The notes under the pieces were generated by a model that saw only the letters and a program-made list of their open reading frames with translations, was not told where the DNA came from and did no database searches. This document shows, one piece after another, positions 10,138-18,105 of a DNA stretch of 25,235 nucleotides. Each line of letters begins with the position of its first letter. The stretch's first letter is position 1. Made by a program: the position numbers and the translations under genes. The DNA lies in NCBI GenBank assembly GCA_021852325.1, contig JAJZNM010000003.1, positions 1-25,235 on the forward strand. The letters are read 5' to 3'. The DNA is from Pseudomonadota bacterium. Its GTDB lineage: Bacteria > Pseudomonadota > Gammaproteobacteria > JAKAQQ01.

Positions 10138-10814
10138 GCTTCATGCCTTCCAGCATGTTCGAGATAGACACGGGCCTCGGACGCCCGCGCTGGCCTTGAA
10201 GTCGGTCGGCAGTCCATTGCTGAGGAATGGGCGACCGCGTTACCGATCGTACAGCATTTGATGTTGCCCAAAGGGATCTGGGGCCACTCCCTCCCGAGTG
10301 CGGCCATGCGGATGAGAGCAAAAACCTTCCTGAAGTGGAACCGTCGATCGGATGCGCCAGCCACACTTATTTTGACAAGGCCCTCCCGATATATCAGCAC
10401 GAGACCGATTTTGGGTCCCATCATGACCCGCTGACCACCGGTTCGCAAACTGCCCATGTGCCCGTTCCAGGCATCGGAGCAATGGTCGGGTGTGAGTCCC
10501 CAACGCCCACTCTGCGGCGCTAATCGATCACCCGGATGATCAGCAGCTGGAGTGCCAGAAACCATTCTGGGTGACCCGGCACCACGCCAAAGGATTGACG
10601 ACCTTTCCTCGTATTTTCCCAACCCGGTTCCTCAACCCATGGCACAGGAATCAGGTTTCCAAGGCTCTTGTGCCTCCGTGAACAGATTTGTGGGACCTTG
10701 ATCCACATCGCATCCATCCGGGCGAGAGTCGGTGGATCGGCGAGCCCTGATCCGGAGTGGAAGCGCCAGCATGGCCCTTCACTTTCTGGCGCGCACGTCC
10801 GTTCAGACAAAGAC

Positions 10815-10846
10815 AAAAAACCCGTGGTTCCTTGCGGAACCACGGG
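10815..10846 (-). terminator. Intrinsic terminator downstream of the TonB-dependent receptor
   Basis: Perfect 11-bp stem CCCGTGGTTCC/GGAACCACGGG (10821-10846) with a 4-nt loop, followed by T6 on the minus strand, 31 nt after the stop codon. Confidence 0.9.
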
Positions 10847-10877
10847 CAGTGTTCTTTTGTTGTCGTTGTTGGATTTT

Positions 10878-13800
10878 TTAGAAGCGCACGCCTACACGGG
10901 CATAGAAGAACCGGCCCGGGACCCGATAGTAAAACGGCTGATAGCTATTCGCGAAAGCCGTCATCGAAATCGGCGGATTCCTGTCGAAGAGGTTCCGGAT
11001 TCCGAAGGTAACATCGGTATTCCAAGCATCCACGTCGTAGGTGACCTGGATATCGTTGTAGACGGTCGTTCCGAGCTCGTTCAAGCCCTTGACCACATAC
11101 GGATCATGCAACTGCTGTGGCGTCTGAAGAATATCACCACACCAGCCAGTCCCGACCTGCGGCAGAATGAAGTCAGCCACGATACCCGAGTTCTGGCACT
11201 GTTCCCACATGGGACCAATCAGCTCCATCGACCAAGCTGCCGACCACGGACCATAGCTCCACTGCAGGACGGCATTTGCGCGGTGCTTCGGAATGAGTCC
11301 CGTCACCGTTCCTGCTTCTTCCTGGGTGAACTCCGTCGGCAAACCAGTCTGGGCATTCAGGCCCACAAAGGAATTGACGAACGTCTTCGTAAATGTGGCA
11401 TTCACGTCCAGCTTGAAGTCGCCGATCGGAGTCGATGGGAAGCGGTAACCGGCATTGATGTCCCAGCCATCCGTCTTGAGTGAGCCCACATTTGCGTTGA
11501 GCGACAGGATATTGGTGATTGATCCAGGCGTGTTGTAGGTTGCGCCATTCCGCTGGATATCACTGCAATAGAGCCCGACCGAACTGTAACAGCTGTCGAG
11601 AATCGTCTGCGGTCCCACTCCACCCGCGGTAATCGCATTCACCAGCTCGATCTTGTAGAAATCGGCGGAAATGTCAAAGCCGGGGATGTAAGACGGACTG
11701 TAGACGAATCCAATCGTGCGCGAGATCGACCGTTCCGGAGTCATGTGGGCGTTTCCGCCGACCGTGACCGGAATCTGGCCGAGCGGCTGGATCGCCGTGG
11801 CCGGGCAGTTTGGCAGCGGGTGTCCCGACCTGATCGAAGCCGGGCAGGGATCGGTCAACGGGTCAAAAGACTGTGCCTGACCCGCGAAGAACTCGCTGAT
11901 CGATGGCACCCGGAACCCCTGCGACCAGCTGCCGCGGAAGAGCAGGCTACGGATCGGGGCATACTTGAATGCGATGCGTCCCGACGTGTTGGTGGCCCGG
12001 CTGCCGACCGGCGTCGTGGGATTGGCAAATCCCGCCCACGTCGCCTGGGTCCAGCGGTTCGCGATGTCTACCGACAGGTGATGGACCAGGAATACATCGC
12101 GCACCAAGGGCACGTTGACTTCGATGTATTCGGCATCGCTCGCCTCCCGGCCACTGGTCGGGAATGATGTGTTCGTCGTTGCATTGCCTGAGGCCACGAG
12201 CGGATCGGGAGTGAAGTAGCCATTGTCTTCCAGGTACTCATAGCCCACGGCGACACCGAGCGGTCCGGCTGGCAGGTCGACGAGTGTGCCCGTCAGGTTG
12301 CCGGAATAGTCGCGCTGCGTGATGGCATCCTCGCTCACGCTGGTGTAGTCGATGTAGTTGGCCATGGCCGGCGTGATCGTGCCTTGCCCGGTCTGGAGGT
12401 CATATCCGCCAAAAAGATCAAGCGGGACGCAGCCCGGCGTGCTTTGGCAGATGTTGAGAGGTCCCAGGGCCAAGGCGAGACGGGAGGTGTTCTGGAGACC
12501 CGTGGTCTTGAAAATCACGTCGCGATTGGCATATCCGTAGTGGACGTTCCAATCCCAGTCATGGCCGAGCATCCGGAAGTAACCCTTGAAGCCCATCCCG
12601 AAACCAAAGGTCCGCTTGTTCGAATCGAATACACGGTACCCGGATTCAATCATGCGGCGGCCCAGGAAGAACAGGGTGTCACTATGGGTCGCGCAGTTCG
12701 CTGTGCCATAGAGAGAGCACCATTGCGCCGCGCCGGCCGCACCACTATACGGCACGAGATCAACGCCGAACGGGTTATAGGGGTTCGTGGCCGAGATACC
12801 CACCTTGATCCCATTGTTCGAGTCATCCGACCCGAACACACCAAGGAACAGTGGATTCGGTGCGAGGGTGCTCACCGACGTGTTGTCGTTGTAGAGCACG
12901 TTCGTATCGAACTGGAGGTGTGAGTTGAAACGGTAGTGGGCCTGTGAATAGGCATACCACTGTTCCGACGGGGTCATGAGATAGTTCGCCGGGGCGTAAT
13001 TATAGGCTTCGGAAGGCGAGAACGGCTGCGGATTCGCATGTGGGCCATTCAGCGGGCCTGCGATATCGTAAAGCCCCGAAGTCGTTCCAAACGGCTGCGA
13101 AGTGACCGTGGGATACGGATTGACTGGTCCTGCGTAGATGAAGCGGCCGCCGGGCGTGCCGGAGCTGCCCGCCTCATTACCGGTGCCGATGATCGGCAAT
13201 TGGGAAAGCGTCCGGTTGCCAGCCCAGATCGGCTGCTGTTCCCGGTAGCCGACCGACAGCAAGGCCCCTGCACGGCTGTTGCTCGCTCCCAGGGTAAAGC
13301 TGTATTCCTGGACCTTGCCGTCCCAGTGGTTGCTGCTGCTGATCGGCTGGGCCAGGCCCAATCCCGCCGGGACGGAGGCATTGTGCCCTTGGTAGATGCC
13401 CATGTAGGCACTGGCTTCGGCTCCATTGAAGTTCTGCACGGTGATGATGTTGATCACCCCGGCAATCGCATCCGATCCATAAATCGGTGATGCGCCATCG
13501 AGCAACACTTCCACGCGCTCGATGATCGCAGCCGGGATCGTATTGAGGTCGACGGAACCACCCAGAGTCGGAATCCAGCGGTGTCCATTGAGCAGGACGA
13601 GAACCCGCTGTGAGCCCAGGTTGTGCAGGTCAACGAACGTGTCGCCGTCATTTCCGTTGTTGGTCTGCGTATTGATGGCTGCGCCAGCCGATGTGATCGA
13701 CTGGAGAATGTTGCCAATCGTGACCTCGCCAGTCAGATTGAGTTGCTGTTTCGTGAGAACCACAACCGGCTGTGCGGTGACCGTACTCGTTCGCATGATG

Positions 13801-13940
13801 CGCGAACCCACGACCTCGATTTTGGCGAGCTTCGTGGTATTGCTTGCGGCCAGCGCTGCCGGTGCGGCGACGACTCCTGCAGACGCGCCGGCGATGAGCG
13901 CCCCGCGTACTGCTTGCCGCACAAGATTTCTCTGTTTCAT
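10878..13940 (-). CDS. TonB-dependent outer-membrane receptor (1020 aa), Cys-rich loops
   Basis: Signal peptide MKQRNLVRQAVRGALIAGASAGVVAAPAALA, TonB-box region KIEVVGSRI, plug motifs LHNLGSQRVLVLLNGHR and IERVEVLLDGASPIYGSDAIAGVINIIT, and C-terminal GIRNLFD...PGRFFYARVGVRF ending in Phe. Start reassigned from 14264 to ATG 13940, with GGAGG 10 nt upstream. Confidence 0.95.
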   Translation of the reverse strand: MKQRNLVRQAVRGALIAGASAGVVAAPAALAASNTTKLAKIEVVGSRIMRTSTVTAQPVVVLTKQQLNLTGEVTIGNILQSITSAGAAINTQTNNGNDGDTFVDLHNLGSQRVLVLLNGHRWIPTLGGSVDLNTIPAAIIERVEVLLDGASPIYGSDAIAGVINIITVQNFNGAEASAYMGIYQGHNASVPAGLGLAQPISSSNHWDGKVQEYSFTLGASNSRAGALLSVGYREQQPIWAGNRTLSQLPIIGTGNEAGSSGTPGGRFIYAGPVNPYPTVTSQPFGTTSGLYDIAGPLNGPHANPQPFSPSEAYNYAPANYLMTPSEQWYAYSQAHYRFNSHLQFDTNVLYNDNTSVSTLAPNPLFLGVFGSDDSNNGIKVGISATNPYNPFGVDLVPYSGAAGAAQWCSLYGTANCATHSDTLFFLGRRMIESGYRVFDSNKRTFGFGMGFKGYFRMLGHDWDWNVHYGYANRDVIFKTTGLQNTSRLALALGPLNICQSTPGCVPLDLFGGYDLQTGQGTITPAMANYIDYTSVSEDAITQRDYSGNLTGTLVDLPAGPLGVAVGYEYLEDNGYFTPDPLVASGNATTNTSFPTSGREASDAEYIEVNVPLVRDVFLVHHLSVDIANRWTQATWAGFANPTTPVGSRATNTSGRIAFKYAPIRSLLFRGSWSQGFRVPSISEFFAGQAQSFDPLTDPCPASIRSGHPLPNCPATAIQPLGQIPVTVGGNAHMTPERSISRTIGFVYSPSYIPGFDISADFYKIELVNAITAGGVGPQTILDSCYSSVGLYCSDIQRNGATYNTPGSITNILSLNANVGSLKTDGWDINAGYRFPSTPIGDFKLDVNATFTKTFVNSFVGLNAQTGLPTEFTQEEAGTVTGLIPKHRANAVLQWSYGPWSAAWSMELIGPMWEQCQNSGIVADFILPQVGTGWCGDILQTPQQLHDPYVVKGLNELGTTVYNDIQVTYDVDAWNTDVTFGIRNLFDRNPPISMTAFANSYQPFYYRVPGRFFYARVGVRF

Positions 13941-13996
13941 TTGTTGATAGCCTCCACATGTGCTGAGGTGATAATGCTCCTGGCGCGACCAGGATT

Positions 13997-14030
13997 GTGG
14001 TGAGCATACCACTTTCAACCCTGCTGTCAA
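13997..14030 (-). promoter_or_regulatory. Candidate sigma70 promoter of the receptor, with a palindrome over the -10
   Basis: TTGACA (14030-14025), 16 nt spacer ending in TGG, then TATGCT (14008-14003). The palindrome GTGGT-N6-ACCAC (13997-14012) overlaps the -10. Confidence 0.6.
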
Positions 14031-14047
14031 GCCTTGGCGCGGAGCAT

Positions 14048-14080
14048 AAAAAAAACTCCGTCCAATGAGTCCGGACGGAG
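14048..14080 (-). terminator. Intrinsic terminator upstream of the receptor promoter
   Basis: Minus-strand CTCCGTCC(G)-loop-(T)GGACGGAG, an 8-bp stem plus a G-U pair, followed by T8. Confidence 0.8.
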
Positions 14081-14148
14081 CACATCGCCAGCTTTGTGTG
14101 TTCAATACAACAATAATGCTTGTTGCTAACACGCGACAGTCCTCAAAT

Positions 14149-14157
14149 TGGTACAAT
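14149..14157 (+). promoter_or_regulatory. Candidate extended -10 promoter for the sulfotransferase operon
   Basis: TGG-TACAAT at 14149-14157, ~70 nt upstream of ATG 14228. No good -35 element. Confidence 0.35.
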
Positions 14158-14227
14158 CGCCAACGGCATGCGGTGAATCGCAGCCCGAGATTCCACCCTC
14201 CAGCCCCAGGACTGTGCCCGTATTCGC

Positions 14228-15769
14228 ATGAATGAGCCACCGCCGCCCGGTTCAGCGCCCGCATTTCCCACTGAGGGGGTCCTGGTCGATGCCAGTACGT
14301 CTTACGAGCTGGGAAATGAGCTACGGAGGCAAGGCGACCCTGTCAGCGCAGAGGCCGCGCTCCGTGAGACGCTGCGCTTGGCGCCGGATCACTTCGAGGC
14401 CCGCACAAGCCTTGCCTTCCTCTACCTGGAACTAGATCGAAAAGACGAGGCGGCACGGTTATACCGTGACTGGCTTGCATCCGGCCCCAAAGACGGGACC
14501 CGACTCGTGAAGGTCGCCCTTTTCCTCGAAGGAATCCAAGAAGGGGGCCTCGCCTTGGCCTGCCTGGAACGTGCCACGGAACTGGCACCCGGCCTGGGGG
14601 CAGCTTGGTTTCACCGGGGACGCCTGCACTTCCAATCGGATCGAATCGACTCGGGCACCGCATACTTCGAGCAAGCACTTCAAAACGACCCGGATCTCGG
14701 TACCGCCTTTCTTCAGTTGTCCCACGCACGGCACTTCCGGTCCCGGCGGGATCCCTTGATCGACTTCTTCATGGCTCAGGCGACTGATCCCAAGCGCCCG
14801 GAATCAACCCGGGCCTGTTTCGAATTTGCACTGGGCAAGATCTGGGATGATCTTGAGGAATGGGACCAGGCCCTCCAATGGGTCGAGACGGCCAACGCGA
14901 TTCGCCGCAAGACCATACGATTCGATCCCGATCGATGCCGAAGCCTGCTTCGCGAACGCCTCGTCGCGCCCCACCGCGTCTGGGCACCCTCCACTCTCCT
15001 ACCTCGGGAGGAGGTGGAACCGCTGTTTATCGTCGGCCTCCCGAGAAGTGGTTGCACGTTCATCGAGCAAGTCCTCCTCGAACACCCCGCCATCCGCAGC
15101 GCCGGGGAACTGCCGATGCTCCCTGCTCTCGTCCAGGAAACCCACCTCGTCGAACGCTGGCGTGAAGCTGATCAGGCTGGAGCCCCCCCCTCAGATGACG
15201 AACTCGAAGCCCTCCGGGCCTCCTATCGTGAGGTCCTGATGCGTTCGATCCCGCCTCCCACCTCGGGTGAGTCCACGCGCTATGTGATCGACAAGAACCC
15301 GCTCAATTTCTTTCATGTGGGCGTGATCCGGAGGCTTTTTCCACACGCACCCATACTGGCACTGGAACGCGATCTCCGGGATGTGCTGATTTCACTCTAC
15401 TTCCACGATTTCACCCATCCTGATCTCGCATTCACCTACTCCATCGATCACCTGCTTTTCTTTTTCCGCTGTCACGAAACGCTCATGCCGTTGTGGAAGG
15501 CCATTACCGCCGGCCATCTTCGTGCCATCCGCTATGAAACGCTCGTGGCCGAACCCGCCACCGTCGTCCAGGCAGTTCTGCGCTTTCTCGCACTGCCAGC
15601 AACCGGTGAGGCTGGAACACGCTTGTCTGCACCGAATATCATTGCCCGTGCCCATGCCTGGCAGGCCCGACAGCCGATCTATGGCCGTGCCCCAAGACAC
15701 TGGGAACACTATGCACCGGGATTGCTCAGGCTCTATCCCGAACTTCGCTCCATCGGGTTTGGCCCATGA
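14228..15769 (+). CDS. TPR-repeat sulfotransferase (copy 1, divergent motifs)
   Basis: N-terminal TPRs, 5'-PSB loop IVGLPRSGCTFIEQVL, DKNPLNF, 3'-PB RDLRDVLISLY, YETLVAEP and WQARQPIY. Confidence 0.85.
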   Translation: MNEPPPPGSAPAFPTEGVLVDASTSYELGNELRRQGDPVSAEAALRETLRLAPDHFEARTSLAFLYLELDRKDEAARLYRDWLASGPKDGTRLVKVALFLEGIQEGGLALACLERATELAPGLGAAWFHRGRLHFQSDRIDSGTAYFEQALQNDPDLGTAFLQLSHARHFRSRRDPLIDFFMAQATDPKRPESTRACFEFALGKIWDDLEEWDQALQWVETANAIRRKTIRFDPDRCRSLLRERLVAPHRVWAPSTLLPREEVEPLFIVGLPRSGCTFIEQVLLEHPAIRSAGELPMLPALVQETHLVERWREADQAGAPPSDDELEALRASYREVLMRSIPPPTSGESTRYVIDKNPLNFFHVGVIRRLFPHAPILALERDLRDVLISLYFHDFTHPDLAFTYSIDHLLFFFRCHETLMPLWKAITAGHLRAIRYETLVAEPATVVQAVLRFLALPATGEAGTRLSAPNIIARAHAWQARQPIYGRAPRHWEHYAPGLLRLYPELRSIGFGP

Positions 15770-17610
15770 GCCGTGAGCCGATCCCGCGCCTCCCGCGTCC
15801 AGTCCTCGAACGCGGACTCCGCGAGGCCATCCAGCTTATGCAAAAGGGTCGGCACGAGGCAGCAGATCGTGAGTTCAACATGCTCTTGCGTTACGGTGTC
15901 GAATTTCCTCCACTCCTGCATTTCGCAGGATTGAACTGCCTGGAGATGGGTCACACCGAGATGGGATTGGAGCTTTTGAAACGTTCGGTCGCGCTTGCTC
16001 CCACGGACCGGGCCTTTCAAGGTAACCTGGCCACTGCCTTGGTCCGGCTACACCGCTGGCAGGAAGCGGAAACACTGCTTCGCGTCCTTCGGAATGAGGA
16101 TCCGCAGGATCCCATGATTGCCTTCAATCTGGCGAACCTTCTGCATCTGACCGAACGGGACGGGGAAGCACTGCCCCACTGGCAGGTGGCCGTAAACCGG
16201 GCACCCGACTGGGCACCCGGCTGGCTCGGCTTGGGGGAAAGCCTTACCGAACTCAACGATCTTAAAGCTGCCGACCAGGCCTATGCCCGTGCCCAGGCGC
16301 TACGGCCACGGGATCCGCTCATCCCCACTGCACGGGCGGAACTGTGGTCCCTAGAAGAAGAAAACGGCACACGGGCCCAATCGTTCTACAGCGTGGCGCT
16401 CAAGGTCGAACCGGGATTCCCGCCGGCCATCATGGGTCTCGCCGCGCTCGAAGGACAGATGGGACAGTTCGACCGGGCACTCGAGCGCCTGCGAACATTG
16501 CTCAGCCGGCAGCCGGGCGCCTATGCCGCAGCCTGGCTGCTGGCGCGATTCAAGTCCCATGCAGCAGACGGTCCAGACAGCAAACTCATCGAGCGTTCGA
16601 TGGAGCACGCCCATCACGAACCCGAGCATCCCCTGGCATACCATGCTTTTTTCGCCTGGGGCAAGGTCCTCGAAGACCGGTACGAATACGATCGGGCCTG
16701 GGCCGCCTTCGAGCGTGGACAGGCCTTGCGTCCACACACCTCGACCAATGCTGAAACGGAACAACGCCAGTACATGCGGCTCATCCTGGAAGCGGTCGAT
16801 CACCGATTCATCGAGAGGCACCGCTTTCTTCATCCCGGCCCTGTCAATCCCATCTATATCGTGGGCATGCCGCGTTCGGGAACCACTCTCGTGGAACAAA
16901 TGCTGTCCGCACATCCAGCCATCACGGGTGGCGGAGAGATGACGGCACTGCACAACTGCTTCCGCCATGCGCTCGGTCTGCCGGATCTCGGCCAGTTGCC
17001 CTTCGTCTTGAATCCGCTCTCGCCCGTCGCCTGGAAGAAGCTGCGCGCCGACGTCGACCAGCTCCATGCCGCCTCTGCCCATGGCAAACCCAATCTCACG
17101 GACAAGATGCCCACCAACTTCATGTTTCTGGGACTGCTTCATGCCCTTTCCCCCAATGCGCGGATCATTCACGTCATGCGTGATGCCCGTGACACCTGTG
17201 TTTCGTGTTACACGACCCTCTTCCGGACCAGTCACAAGTTCGCCACCAACCTCGAACACCTCGGGCATTACTACCGGATGTATGAGACTCTGATGGAACA
17301 TTGGCGACAACAGCTGCCACCGGACATGCTGATCGAAATCCGCTATGAATCCCTGGTACGGAATCCGCGCGAAGCACTTGTACGTCTTCTAGATGCCCTG
17401 GGGCTTCCCTTCGAGGAGGCTTGCCTGAAACCGGAACAAACCGGACACCGCATCAAGACGGCAAGCGTCTACCAGGCCCGCCAGCCGATACGCACCGACT
17501 CGGTGGCTCGCTGGCAACGTTACGCCGCCCATTTGGGTCCACTGGAGAGGGCGCTTGCCATCACCGACCCACTGGGCCGGTCGGGCCTTGCCGAAACCCA
17601 CCCGCTATAA
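15766..17610 (+). CDS. TPR-repeat sulfotransferase (copy 2, canonical motifs)
   Basis: Multiple TPRs, IVGMPRSGTTLVEQML, TDKMPTNF, RDARDTCVSCY, YESLVRNP and KTASVYQARQPI. ATGA overlap with copy 1. Confidence 0.9.
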   Translation: MSREPIPRLPRPVLERGLREAIQLMQKGRHEAADREFNMLLRYGVEFPPLLHFAGLNCLEMGHTEMGLELLKRSVALAPTDRAFQGNLATALVRLHRWQEAETLLRVLRNEDPQDPMIAFNLANLLHLTERDGEALPHWQVAVNRAPDWAPGWLGLGESLTELNDLKAADQAYARAQALRPRDPLIPTARAELWSLEEENGTRAQSFYSVALKVEPGFPPAIMGLAALEGQMGQFDRALERLRTLLSRQPGAYAAAWLLARFKSHAADGPDSKLIERSMEHAHHEPEHPLAYHAFFAWGKVLEDRYEYDRAWAAFERGQALRPHTSTNAETEQRQYMRLILEAVDHRFIERHRFLHPGPVNPIYIVGMPRSGTTLVEQMLSAHPAITGGGEMTALHNCFRHALGLPDLGQLPFVLNPLSPVAWKKLRADVDQLHAASAHGKPNLTDKMPTNFMFLGLLHALSPNARIIHVMRDARDTCVSCYTTLFRTSHKFATNLEHLGHYYRMYETLMEHWRQQLPPDMLIEIRYESLVRNPREALVRLLDALGLPFEEACLKPEQTGHRIKTASVYQARQPIRTDSVARWQRYAAHLGPLERALAITDPLGRSGLAETHPL

Positions 17611-17631
17611 TTCAAGTTTGAGGCGAGATAT

Positions 17632-18105
17632 ATGATGGATCCATCCGAACCGAACGCAAGCACCGACCCGGACGAAACGAGTCTCGACCGAGCCATGGCT
17701 GCACTCACGGAGGAGTTGTCGACGCGGGAACGGGCACTCATTGAGTTCGTCCAAGCTCAGGTCTGGCTGCTCGCGGATCGCGAAACGGGATCGGACCCTG
17801 CCGCCCTGGCGAGCACACGCATGGGTCTCGTCTCGGACGGACCGCATCTCGACCAGGCGATGCTCGCCGTCTTCAGTACCCGGAGACGGGCCATCGCATT
17901 CCAGGGCGCACATGAGCGCAGCCTGCCCTGCATCATCGCGGTCGAAGCGCCCTTTGCGATCCTCTGTGTGCCGGAAGACTCCGGGATCATCATCAACCCG
18001 AACCAGAGTCCCGGTTTCCGGATCGGGCCTGAAGCCGCGCAGATGCTCAAGAACCAGATGATTGAACTGCAAAACCGCGGGTCGGCCGGCACCAGCCATC
18101 CGTAA
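17632..18105 (+). CDS. SseB-like protein (SseB N-terminal domain only)
   Basis: Pattern LDRAM....RERAL..FVQAQVWLL ... LAVFST ... GIIINPNQSPGFRIGPE resembles SseB-family proteins. GAGG RBS upstream and TAATG overlap with the next gene. Confidence 0.6.
   Translation: MMDPSEPNASTDPDETSLDRAMAALTEELSTRERALIEFVQAQVWLLADRETGSDPAALASTRMGLVSDGPHLDQAMLAVFSTRRRAIAFQGAHERSLPCIIAVEAPFAILCVPEDSGIIINPNQSPGFRIGPEAAQMLKNQMIELQNRGSAGTSHP

Noticed and set aside
11130-12725. EGF-type AspH consensus C-x-D/N-x4-F/Y-x-C in the receptor Cys loops
   Set aside because: None of the five Cys pairs fits the spacing or has the Asp/Asn.
13970-13988. Fur box upstream of the receptor
   Set aside because: Only a GATAATG half-site is present, about 9/19 matches to consensus.
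14165-14220. Partial resemblance to a cobalamin riboswitch (GCGGTGAATCGC hairpin, GCCCC...ACTGT)
   Set aside because: It lacks the GGGAA element and B12 box, the spacing is wrong, and it is on the strand opposite the receptor. An Infernal search would settle it.
13941-14264. 108-codon in-frame N-terminal extension of the receptor (1128-aa track ORF)
   Set aside because: It runs through a promoter, a terminator and the start of the opposite gene. The GGAGG RBS and signal peptide mark ATG 13940 as the start.
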